Part shown: piece after piece, positions 15,068 to 23,579 of the stretch
How the letters are laid out: every line of letters starts with the position of its first letter
How positions within the stretch are numbered: the stretch's first letter is position 1
From: Actinomycetes bacterium
Lineage (GTDB): Bacteria; Actinomycetota; Acidimicrobiia; Spongiisociales; UBA5794
DNA: 33,956 bases
NCBI GenBank assembly: GCA_024640745.1
Contig: JAHEEL010000001.1
Coordinates: forward strand, 1 to 33,956
Reading direction: 5' to 3'
Notes under the pieces: generated by a model
Told to the model about the DNA's origin: nothing
Database searches by the model: none
What the model saw: only the letters and a program-made list of their open reading frames with translations
Program-made: the position numbers and the translations under genes

Positions 15068-16819
15068 CTACTCGGCTGTGGCACCCTCCCAGTCACCGTG
15101 CAGATCCGCGTACACCCCACCTCCGGCCACCAAGTCGACATGCCGTCCACGTTCGACGAGCCGGCCGGCGTGGAACACGAGGACGGTGTCGGCTGCCTCG
15201 GCCGTCGAGAGCCGGTGCGCCACGGTGATCGATGTCCGCCCGGTTGTCAGGCGCTCGATCGCCCGGCGGATCTGGACCTCGAGCGCCGGGTCGACTGCAG
15301 AGGTCGCCTCATCGAGCACGAGCAGATCGGGATTCGCAATCCAGGCACGAACGATCGCTACGAGCTGACGCTCCCCGGCAGAGAGGTTCGAACCTCGCTC
15401 ACCGACGTGGGCATGGATTCCTCCCGGAAGTGACTCAGCCCACTCCAGGAGCCCGAGATCCGAGATTGCCGTTCGGATGCCGCCATCGTCGACACCCGGC
15501 CTGCCGTACCGGATGTTGTCGGCCACCGAACCGTCGAACAGGAATCCCTCCTGGGGCACGTAGGCAACCCGCGAACGCAGTGAATCGAATCGAACCGCGT
15601 CGATCGGCACGTCGCCGAGCGTGATCGCCCCCTCCGCCGGATCGAGCAGTCGGGTAGCGAGCTTTGCGAAGGTCGTCTTGCCGGAACCCGTCTCACCGAC
15701 AACCGCAACGCGCTCGCCGGCTGCAATCCCGACCGTGACGTCCGTCAGCACATCGTCCCCCGTCGGATACCGGAATCGCACCCTGTCGAATCGAATGTCG
15801 AGCGGACGATCGGGGAGATCGGTTCCGTCCACCGGGTCCTCGATATCGATCGGGGCATCGAGCACCCGCAGCACTTTGCGAAGGCCGGCGCCGGCGGACT
15901 GGGCCTGATTGATGGTCTCGACGAGCATCTGCACCGGCTCCACCAACAGCGTCACGAGAAACAGGAAGGCGACGAGCGTCCCGGCGCTCAGGCCCCACGA
16001 ATCCCCGAAGACCACACCGATGGCGATGGCCGAGGCCGTGATGACGCCGGCGAACATCTCGGCGGACGAAAACAGCACTGCAGCAAGGGCGCCGGCGCCG
16101 TATTCAGCCCGGTATTGCCGATCAAGTGCTGTGGTGACCTTGCCGAGGACGGCAGACTCCATTCCAAACGCGCGCACCGTCGGCAGCCCCGCCGTGGCTT
16201 CGCCGATGACCGAGAGCGAGTCGGCCACCCGCTCGCGTACCCGGTCGTGGGCCCGCCGGAGAATGCGCTGGAACCAGACGAGCATCAGCGAGTAGGCGAA
16301 CACCCCGACAGCGATCATCAGGGCGAGGCGCCATTCGTAGGCAACCATGACGGCCACTGCGAGCGCGATCTGGGCAGCGCCGAGGATCAAGCCGACTCCG
16401 CCCCATTCCATGAATTGCTGCATCGTCTCGATATCCGAGGTGACCCGGCTGACCAGCGCACCGCGTCGCTCGCCTTGGACATGGAGCATCGAGAGCCGGT
16501 GGAGATACTCAAACGTCGTGACGCGCAGGTCGGTCAGTCCCGTTATCGACGACCGGGCAAGCCGGGCCAACGACGTGCGCCGCGCCCACATCGCCAGAGC
16601 AATCGCCACCAGCGCAACGAGGCCGGGCGCGATCACGTCGGACGTTGCTACATCGCCGGAGAGCAACACCGAGTCGATGATGCGCTGAATCGTGACCGGC
16701 ACCACGAGCTGCAGCGCCGTCCCAACGACCGCGAGCGCCAGGGTCAGCCCGAGGCCTCTCGAGAGGGCCGGCGCGATTCGGAAGGCACGGTGCAAGACAC
16801 CGCCGGTCGAGTCCGTCAC
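15068..16819 (-). CDS. ABC exporter subunit (fused TMD-NBD)
   Basis: Six-TM exporter domain, Walker A GETGSGKTT, signature LSAGERQ, Walker B LLVLDEATSAVD. 4-nt overlap with the upstream partner gene. Confidence 0.9.
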   Translation of the reverse strand: MTDSTGGVLHRAFRIAPALSRGLGLTLALAVVGTALQLVVPVTIQRIIDSVLLSGDVATSDVIAPGLVALVAIALAMWARRTSLARLARSSITGLTDLRVTTFEYLHRLSMLHVQGERRGALVSRVTSDIETMQQFMEWGGVGLILGAAQIALAVAVMVAYEWRLALMIAVGVFAYSLMLVWFQRILRRAHDRVRERVADSLSVIGEATAGLPTVRAFGMESAVLGKVTTALDRQYRAEYGAGALAAVLFSSAEMFAGVITASAIAIGVVFGDSWGLSAGTLVAFLFLVTLLVEPVQMLVETINQAQSAGAGLRKVLRVLDAPIDIEDPVDGTDLPDRPLDIRFDRVRFRYPTGDDVLTDVTVGIAAGERVAVVGETGSGKTTFAKLATRLLDPAEGAITLGDVPIDAVRFDSLRSRVAYVPQEGFLFDGSVADNIRYGRPGVDDGGIRTAISDLGLLEWAESLPGGIHAHVGERGSNLSAGERQLVAIVRAWIANPDLLVLDEATSAVDPALEVQIRRAIERLTTGRTSITVAHRLSTAEAADTVLVFHAGRLVERGRHVDLVAGGGVYADLHGDWEGATAE

Positions 16820-18636
16820 GGTGCGCCGTCCTCCGCTCGCCGCGCGGCGTCTTCCTCGTAGGCGCGCAGGAGCCGCTCGTAGCCGGGCTGTGTCGCGAGG
16901 AGCTCCTCGTGCGTGCCGTGAGCGACGACACGTCCCTCGTCCATGAACACGATCTCATCGGTCAGGATGATCGACGACCGCCGGTACGCGACGATCACGA
17001 CCGTCGAGGGAAGCTCCGCACCCTGGAGGCCGCGCAGGATCTCGGTCTCCACCGAAGGATCGACTGCCGACGTCGCATCATCGAGGACGAGAACGCGGGG
17101 ACGCCGCACAAGCGCTCGAGCGAGAGCGATTCGCTGTCGCTGACCGCCGCTCAGCGAGGTGCCGCGCTCACCGATCTGCGTGTCGTAGCCATCCGGCAGT
17201 TCGGTGATGAACCTCTCCACCCCGGCCAGGCGCATGGCACGTAGTACATCCTCGTCGGGGACGTCCGAGCCGAGCGTCACGTTGCCCCACACGGTGTCGT
17301 CGAACAAGAACGACTCCTGCGACACGTAGGCGACCTCGAGCGCGAGCTCCGATCGAGCGAACTGGCGGAGATCGCGCCCGTCGATGTGAATGGCTCCGTC
17401 CGTCGGGTCCCACAGGCGGGCCAGCAGCATCGTCAGCGTCGACTTGCCCGAAGCCGTCGGTCCGACAACCGCCACGGTACGCCCGGCGGGGATCTCAAAC
17501 CGCAGGTCGCTGAGGACCGGTTCGCCGTCTCCGTAGGCGAATTGAACCTCACGGGACTCGAGTTCCGCACCGTCCGGAACGGGGCGAGCCGCGAGGACAC
17601 CGTGATCGATGAGCTCATCGGCATCGAGGATCTCCTGGACCCGAGTCCAGGCCGCCTGGCTGTGCGCCATCTCGAAGATGACGAAGCCGATGAGCTGGAG
17701 GGGGAACGCCATCAGCGTGATGAGATACACGACGGCGACCATCTCGCCCGCGGTCATCGCTGCGTTGATCACGAGCATGGCCGCGGCGACGAGCATCACG
17801 ATGTTGAGCGCCGCCGGTATCGACTCGACGATGGCGCGGAAGTCGGCGAACCGGACGCCGATATCGATCAGTCTCGTCCGGAGCACCTCGGCGGCGATGC
17901 GGAAGCGGGCGACCTCGTACGCCTCACGTCCGAGCGCCTTGACGGTGAGTGCCCCGTCGATGCTCTCGTGGGCGATCTCGCTGACTTTGCCGCGTTCGTA
18001 CTGGGCTTCCTCGAAATCGGCGAACAACGAGAAAGCCCCCCGGATGTCGATGGCCACGAGAATCGACAAGCCGAGAAGAGCGATGACGCCGAGGATCCAG
18101 TGCGTCGCGAAGATGAGGATGATCGTTCCGATGAGCAGTAGCGAGGCGCCCGCTGCGTACGGCAGCGGGGCAAGGACGAACGTGCCGGTCTGCGTGTCCA
18201 CTTCGCTGACCGAGAGCAGGTCGCCGGTGGAACGCCGGTCGTGCCAGGCCAGCTGAAGACGCAGCTGTTGCTCGATCAGCTTTTCGCGAGCGTCCGCCCG
18301 GGTGCGGAACTGCAGGGCGCTGGCAGCCGTCCTCCGCAACGTGATCCCGACGGCCTTCCACAGCGCCACACCCATCACGGCGACGACCGCAACGGCTACC
18401 CGGTTCCCGATCGCTTCGCCGCCGTCGAGGACTGGGATGATCACCAGATCGGTGATCCGCCCAACGACGACCGCCGATGCAACGATCGCCGAAACGAACA
18501 GCGCCGCGCCGAGGACGGCAAGCGTGAAAGACCACGGATGCCACCGGACGAACTGCCGAATCAGCCGCATGCCCCCCGCAACCACTTCACCCAACCGAGC
18601 CGGCGCGGCAGCGTCACGACGAACGGGAGCGGTCAT
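16816..18636 (-). CDS. ABC exporter subunit (fused TMD-NBD), heterodimer partner
   Basis: Walker A GPTASGKST, signature LSGGQRQR, Walker B VLVLDDATSAVD. ATG at 18636 (MTAPVRR...) is preferred over the ORF-track start at 18663. Confidence 0.9.
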   Translation of the reverse strand: MTAPVRRDAAAPARLGEVVAGGMRLIRQFVRWHPWSFTLAVLGAALFVSAIVASAVVVGRITDLVIIPVLDGGEAIGNRVAVAVVAVMGVALWKAVGITLRRTAASALQFRTRADAREKLIEQQLRLQLAWHDRRSTGDLLSVSEVDTQTGTFVLAPLPYAAGASLLLIGTIILIFATHWILGVIALLGLSILVAIDIRGAFSLFADFEEAQYERGKVSEIAHESIDGALTVKALGREAYEVARFRIAAEVLRTRLIDIGVRFADFRAIVESIPAALNIVMLVAAAMLVINAAMTAGEMVAVVYLITLMAFPLQLIGFVIFEMAHSQAAWTRVQEILDADELIDHGVLAARPVPDGAELESREVQFAYGDGEPVLSDLRFEIPAGRTVAVVGPTASGKSTLTMLLARLWDPTDGAIHIDGRDLRQFARSELALEVAYVSQESFLFDDTVWGNVTLGSDVPDEDVLRAMRLAGVERFITELPDGYDTQIGERGTSLSGGQRQRIALARALVRRPRVLVLDDATSAVDPSVETEILRGLQGAELPSTVVIVAYRRSSIILTDEIVFMDEGRVVAHGTHEELLATQPGYERLLRAYEEDAARRAEDGAP

Positions 18637-18809
18637 GACAGAAATGCTAGGAACACACAGCACGCTGCCGTTCGCTGCTCACCGAACTGCTCCGGTTCGC
18701 TACCGCGAATCCCGCCTTTCGACTATCGGCTCGTGGCAGGCAACCGGCGACTCAACCGCTGGACTATGCCACCTCCTTCCACCACAATGGGGGCAACACA
18801 GGAGATGGC

Positions 18810-20363
18810 ATGAACATCGAAGAGCTTCAGGTTCGTGCGCGGGCAATCGTCAACGACCCGCGACTCTCATACCACCAGCGACGCCACTATCTCGCGGGCC
18901 TGGCGGAAGAAGCGCTCGACTACCCGGCCCTGTCAGCCGACGCGGTCGACGCGTTGAACAAGCGAATCATCTGCGACCTGTACGAGGGCCACGCCCCATA
19001 CCGCGGCCGCTATATCCTTCCGGACTACGCGAAAGCGTTGCGCAACGGCTCGACGTTCCTCGAACTCGATCCTCCGGAGACCCTCGACGACGCGCTGAAC
19101 TTCCTTCTCATTCTGTACACGCAGGTGCCGTCGATCACCGGCTACCCCGTCTACCTCGGTGATCTCGACAAGGACCTGGCACCGTACGCCGAGGGTGTTT
19201 CGGACGAGCACCTCTACCAGTCGCTCAAGCGTTTCTGGATCGCCCTGGACCGAATGCTGCCGGACGGGTTCGTTCACATGGACCTGGGTCCGCGCGACGG
19301 TCGCATCATCCGCATGGTGTTTCGGATCGAGCGAGAACTGCTCCAGGTGGTTCCCAACCTCACGTTCAAGGTCGATCCGAACCTCACACCGGACGACCTG
19401 ATCCGGGATGCGGTCGAGACGGTGTTCGAGACCGCGAAGCCGCACTTCGTCAATCACCCCATGATGATCCGCGATTTCGGCGACGACGCCTATGCCTCGG
19501 TCAGCTGCTACAACTCGCTGCGGATCGGTGGCGGCTCCCATACCCTGAACCGCCTGAACCTCAAAGAAGTGGCCCTCGTCCACAACGGCGACACCGAGGC
19601 CTTCTTCGAAGAGACGCTTCCGCACTACGTCGAGCTCAATGCCGAGCTGATCGAAGCGCGCATCCGCTACCTCGTTGAAGACGCGAAGTTCTTCGAGCAC
19701 GACTTCCTCGCCAGGGAAGGCCTCATCTCCCTCGACCGGTTCTCCGCGATGTACGGGGTCTACGGGCTGGCCGAATGCGTGGACACGCTCATGGAGAACG
19801 CCGGCAAGTCGGGCCGCTACGGCCACGACGACGAGGCGAACGAACTGTCGTACCGAATCGTGCGCGCCGTGGCGGATCAAGTCGCTGCCCGGCCGATGCC
19901 GTATTGCGAGGGCAACGGCGGCCGCTGCATGCTGCACTCGCAGTCGGGCATCGACGTCGACGTCGACGTGACGGCGGGGACACGCATCCCGATCGGGTCG
20001 GAACCTTCGATGTTCGAGCACATCGCCTGTGTCGCCCCCCACCACGATGTCTTCATGTCCGGCGTCAGCGACATCTTCCACGTCGAGGACACGGCGCGGC
20101 GGAATCCGCAGGCCGTCGTCGACATCATCCGCGGAGCGTTCGAGGCAGGGATGCGTGACTTCACGTTCAATCTCGACACCAACGGGTTCATCCGTATCAC
20201 CGGATATCTCGTCCGCAAGTCGGACATCGCGGCATTTGCAGATGAGGGAGGCCGGCACGGTTCGACCGTGTTCGCGGCCGGCTCCGTCGAGAACTCCCAT
20301 GTCCTGGATCGTGCGGTGAAGCGCGTCCTGATCCGTGAACACCATACGCGGCCGCCTCAATAA
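18810..20363 (+). CDS. yjjI: YjjI-family (DUF3029-like) short glycyl-radical enzyme
   Basis: 517 aa; E. coli YjjI is about 516 aa from memory. C-terminal FIRITGY with Gly465 at 20202..20204. AGGAG 6 nt upstream of the ATG. Followed immediately by an activase gene. Confidence 0.7.
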   Translation: MNIEELQVRARAIVNDPRLSYHQRRHYLAGLAEEALDYPALSADAVDALNKRIICDLYEGHAPYRGRYILPDYAKALRNGSTFLELDPPETLDDALNFLLILYTQVPSITGYPVYLGDLDKDLAPYAEGVSDEHLYQSLKRFWIALDRMLPDGFVHMDLGPRDGRIIRMVFRIERELLQVVPNLTFKVDPNLTPDDLIRDAVETVFETAKPHFVNHPMMIRDFGDDAYASVSCYNSLRIGGGSHTLNRLNLKEVALVHNGDTEAFFEETLPHYVELNAELIEARIRYLVEDAKFFEHDFLAREGLISLDRFSAMYGVYGLAECVDTLMENAGKSGRYGHDDEANELSYRIVRAVADQVAARPMPYCEGNGGRCMLHSQSGIDVDVDVTAGTRIPIGSEPSMFEHIACVAPHHDVFMSGVSDIFHVEDTARRNPQAVVDIIRGAFEAGMRDFTFNLDTNGFIRITGYLVRKSDIAAFADEGGRHGSTVFAAGSVENSHVLDRAVKRVLIREHHTRPPQ

Positions 20364-21192
20364 GGTCCTCCGTTTCTCGACGGTCGACGGACCCGGCAAT
20401 CGGTTCGTCATCTTCACACAGGGCTGCAACTTCAACTGCGTGAACTGCCACAACCCGTACACGATTGCTGACTGCAACCACTGCGGGCTCTGCGTCGAGT
20501 CGTGCCCCGAGCTTGCGTTGAAGCTCGATCCGGGGCCCCGCGTCGTTGTCGATCGGGCCCGGTGTACCGGCTCCGACGTGTGCATCGAGGTCTGCCCGTT
20601 CGATTCCACGCCCCTCGCCTACGAGGCCACCGTCGCCGAGGTGCTCGAACAGATCCGAGAGACCGCAAAGTTCATCTCCGGCATCACCGTCTCCGGAGGC
20701 GAGGCGACTGAGCAGACCGGCTTTCTCGTTGCTCTGTTCTCGGCGATGAAATCCGACCCGCACCTCGCGCACCTCACGACGTTCGTCGATACCAACGGCT
20801 CGGCGTCGCGCGCGGTGTGGGACCGGCTCGCCCCCGTGATGGATGCGGCGATGGTCGATCTCAAGGCACTCGACGAGACGACCCATATCCGCCTCACCGC
20901 CGCCTCCAATGTCGATGTGCTCGAGTCGATCCGGTACCTCGCGTCCATCGATCGACTCTACGAAGTGCGGCTCTTGATCATGCCCGGATACAACGACGAT
21001 CCGGAGACGGTCGACCACACAGCCGAGTGGCTCCGCTCCGTCGACCCCTCCATGCGAATCGTCGTGATCGGCTTTCGAAGTCATGGCCTCCGGCCCGGAT
21101 TCGAGTACCTCGAGGAGGCAACGCCGGATGCAACACGACAGATCGGCGACCGAATCCAACGATTCGGATTCACGGACGTCGTGGTGGTGTAG
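20335..21192 (+). CDS. yjjW: YjjW-type glycyl-radical enzyme activating protein (radical SAM)
   Basis: DGPGNRFVIFTQGCNFNCVNCHNP (CxxxCxxC), plus two ferredoxin-like clusters CNHCGLCVESCP and CTGSDVCIEVCP. The GTG start overlaps the yjjI-like stop by 29 nt. Confidence 0.85.
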   Translation: MNTIRGRLNKVLRFSTVDGPGNRFVIFTQGCNFNCVNCHNPYTIADCNHCGLCVESCPELALKLDPGPRVVVDRARCTGSDVCIEVCPFDSTPLAYEATVAEVLEQIRETAKFISGITVSGGEATEQTGFLVALFSAMKSDPHLAHLTTFVDTNGSASRAVWDRLAPVMDAAMVDLKALDETTHIRLTAASNVDVLESIRYLASIDRLYEVRLLIMPGYNDDPETVDHTAEWLRSVDPSMRIVVIGFRSHGLRPGFEYLEEATPDATRQIGDRIQRFGFTDVVVV

Positions 21193-21205
21193 CGGTCCCG
21201 GGAGC

Positions 21206-22339
21206 CTACGGGAGCATGATCACGCGGGTGCCGACATCGGCCCACCCGAACGTGAATTCGGCGTCATCGAAGTCCTGCCGTACGCATCCCCCGGATCGCA
21301 ACGTCCCGAGCTGCTCCTTGGTCTGGAGCGGCGACTTGTCCGGGTTGATCGGGATCGAGTGGAAGCCGTACGGCCACTCGTCCCGGGCGAAGCGCACCAT
21401 GAACTCCATGGTGATGCCATCGTAGGGTGCCCACGCGTACCGGGATTTCGAGTAGACGTTGTATCGATCCGGCGTGGGGACGCCGCGCCGGCCCGAGACC
21501 TGATGTGTCTTGGCGAGCTCACCCGTCGCCTCGACGAACCACACCCTGGCTTCCCGATTGGCGTAGATGATCCGGCGACCCGATCCGACGGCGGGATACG
21601 GCAGCGGTGGCTTCTCAGGATGCACCGTGCCGGTCGCCGCCACATACTCCGGCGAATCTGTGAACGCCACCACCAGGCTCCCCCGACTCAGCTCGCCTCT
21701 ATTCAGCAACTCGACGAAGGGAGCGATTCCACCCGCTCCCGGCTCGCGGCCCAGAACGGATTGGTACAGGATCGGGATGAGGGCTTCATCCGACGGATCG
21801 CCGTGGCGGTCGATGAACTCCGTGCTGGTGGTGAACGCCTCCGCGATCGTTGCGAGCGGAAGGCCGTTCCAGTAGCGGCGGGCCCAGTACTCGACCTCGA
21901 GGGAATCAGGCTCGCGCCCAAACAGACCGCAATAGAGCCGCACGACCGAATCGGAGACCGCCCGATCCGTTCGTTGCGGGCCCACGTCACCAAGCGCATT
22001 GGCCGGTGGTGTAGCCGCCGTAGCGGCCGTCACCAACGCGGAGCCGCGCGTGCCTGAAGCCGCCCACAGGCTGGCCTCATCCGGATAGCGGATCGACGCC
22101 ATCGGCATGTCCTCGGCGTCGGGGTCCCCGACGACGATCGCAGGGTCCGCCGCCGGCATCAGGCCGGGGACGAGGACGCCGTGGTCGGCCTCCGAATAGG
22201 TCGAGAACGAACGGCAACCGGCCGCGACAAAGCCGGACGCTGCTTCGGCACGAGGTCCGTCGACGACGATCGCCGAACCAACCACCGCAACAGCTGCCAG
22301 GCAGACGGCGAAGACCCTCACAGGCAACCGATGGTCCAT
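21206..22339 (-). CDS. Secreted L,D-transpeptidase (YkuD domain) with two DUF4214-like repeats
   Basis: Signal-like N-terminus. The repeats are VVRLYCGLFGREPD...STEF and ILYQSVLGREPG...SPEY. The catalytic region is FHSIP...LRSGGCVRQ. Confidence 0.8.
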   Translation of the reverse strand: MDHRLPVRVFAVCLAAVAVVGSAIVVDGPRAEAASGFVAAGCRSFSTYSEADHGVLVPGLMPAADPAIVVGDPDAEDMPMASIRYPDEASLWAASGTRGSALVTAATAATPPANALGDVGPQRTDRAVSDSVVRLYCGLFGREPDSLEVEYWARRYWNGLPLATIAEAFTTSTEFIDRHGDPSDEALIPILYQSVLGREPGAGGIAPFVELLNRGELSRGSLVVAFTDSPEYVAATGTVHPEKPPLPYPAVGSGRRIIYANREARVWFVEATGELAKTHQVSGRRGVPTPDRYNVYSKSRYAWAPYDGITMEFMVRFARDEWPYGFHSIPINPDKSPLQTKEQLGTLRSGGCVRQDFDDAEFTFGWADVGTRVIMLP

Positions 22340-22457
22340 GAACCCCGCAACCTACCCCGGGATGGGCGCAAGGTCGAGGAATCCGCAACCCAGGAGCGAT
22401 ACGTCCCGTAGGGTTGCGGCGGAGATGGCGACCGCGCCGCAGGAGGAGGAATCACCG

Positions 22458-23228
22458 ATGGGCTATCCCAACGGGCTATTCACATGGGCCGACGTAGCAG
22501 TCCCGGACACGCACCGAGGGGCGGCGTTCTACACCGGGCTCTTCGGATGGGAGGCGGTCGAGCCTTCGGCCGGCGATTCCATGCAGTACACCATGTTCAT
22601 GCTCGACGGCGAGGCCGTCGCCGGCATGGGTGCCCTGCATCAGAAGGACATCGACGCCGGCAGGCAGCCCGTGTGGTCGTCGTACATATCGGTCGACGAC
22701 GTCGATGCCACGGCGGCGAAGGCGACAGAACTCGGCGCCACGCTCCTGGCGCAACCGATGGAGATCCCAGGATCGGGGAAGATGCTCATCGCGATCGACC
22801 CGGTCGGCGCAGCGATCAGCTTCTGGCAGGCGGGGGGCCACGATGGCGCCGGGGTGTTCAACGTCCCTGGTGCGATGACGTGGAATGAGCTGGGGTGCCG
22901 CGACGTCGAGTCCGCCAGAGCCTTCTACACCAAGCTGCTCGGCTGGGGATCCGAAGTGCAGCACATTGGCGACTTCTCGTATCTCGTCGTCTCCGTCGGT
23001 GGTCGGCCCAACGCCCGCATCTACGACATGACCGGTATGCGCCCCGACGAGGTTGCCCCGCACTGGTTCGTCTGGTTCGCGGTCGACGACGCGGATAACG
23101 CGGTCGAGCGGGCCCGATCACTCGGCGGAACGATCCAACAGGAGCCGTTCGACACGCCATTCGGCCGCATGGCCGCCATCAGCGACCCCCAAGGGGCACC
23201 CTTCGGCATCGTCGCGTCCAACGAGTAG
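22458..23228 (+). CDS. Two-module VOC (glyoxalase/bleomycin-resistance/dioxygenase) family protein
   Basis: ATG at 22458 is preceded by AGGAGGAGGA (22441..22450). Duplicated modules (FYTGLFGW..., FYTKLLGW...). The ORF-track start at 22338 is rejected. Confidence 0.8.
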   Translation: MGYPNGLFTWADVAVPDTHRGAAFYTGLFGWEAVEPSAGDSMQYTMFMLDGEAVAGMGALHQKDIDAGRQPVWSSYISVDDVDATAAKATELGATLLAQPMEIPGSGKMLIAIDPVGAAISFWQAGGHDGAGVFNVPGAMTWNELGCRDVESARAFYTKLLGWGSEVQHIGDFSYLVVSVGGRPNARIYDMTGMRPDEVAPHWFVWFAVDDADNAVERARSLGGTIQQEPFDTPFGRMAAISDPQGAPFGIVASNE

Positions 23229-23239
23229 GGCGAACGGCC

Positions 23240-23277
23240 AAGACCGAAGGTCTTTGCTCTTTGCTCTTTGCTCTTTG
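23240..23277 (+). terminator. Tight hairpin followed by a CU-rich heptad array (GTCTTTG CTCTTTG CTCTTTG CTCTTTG)
   Basis: AAGACC (23240..23245), GAA loop, GGTCTT (23249..23254), then four 7-nt units at 23250..23277. Starts 12 nt after the VOC stop codon. Confidence 0.4.
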
Positions 23278-23336
23278 CCCCTAGTCACCGCGGCGAATCG
23301 TCGTCACAATTGACCTAGGCAACCTGGAGGAGTCTC

Positions 23337-23579
23337 GTGCAGAAGGACATCACCATCGACGTACACATCGAGGAAGACGAGACTACGACCACGGTCCGGA
23401 CGGTCCTCGATCTGAGGGGCGATCATTTCGAATCGCGGGGCCGAGCGCGAAGGAACCCGATCGACGAGCCCATGCCGGTCGTTGGTGAGGAGTTGGCGCT
23501 GGCCCGGGCTCTGAACGGCCTCCAGATGGAGGTCATGGAAGCCGCCCAGGACAAGATCGCCCGGTTCCTGACGGTCTGA
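23337..23579 (+). CDS. DUF1876 domain protein (Rv2632c-like)
   Basis: GTG start with GGAGGAG upstream. DVHIEEDETTT...GRARRNPIDEPMPVVGEELALARAL resembles the mycobacterial DUF1876 pattern. Confidence 0.7.
   Translation: MQKDITIDVHIEEDETTTTVRTVLDLRGDHFESRGRARRNPIDEPMPVVGEELALARALNGLQMEVMEAAQDKIARFLTV

Noticed and set aside
18933-20609. 558-aa antisense ORF across the yjjI-like gene. Similar long antisense or alternative-frame ORFs lie at 8758..9741, 10160..11362, 12619..13674, 23874..25175, 25868..26755 and 6088..6879.
   Set aside because: All lie opposite to, or out of frame with, ORFs that have recognisable domains. They are Arg/Asp/Gly/Val-rich, as expected from the complement of GC3-biased codons, and they lack RBSs. 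I treat them as non-coding shadow ORFs.
21193-21205. TCCCGGGA palindrome between the convergent yjjW-like and L,D-transpeptidase genes as a terminator
   Set aside because: It is an 8-bp palindrome with no loop in a 13-nt gap, so it cannot form a meaningful hairpin. It is probably coincidental.
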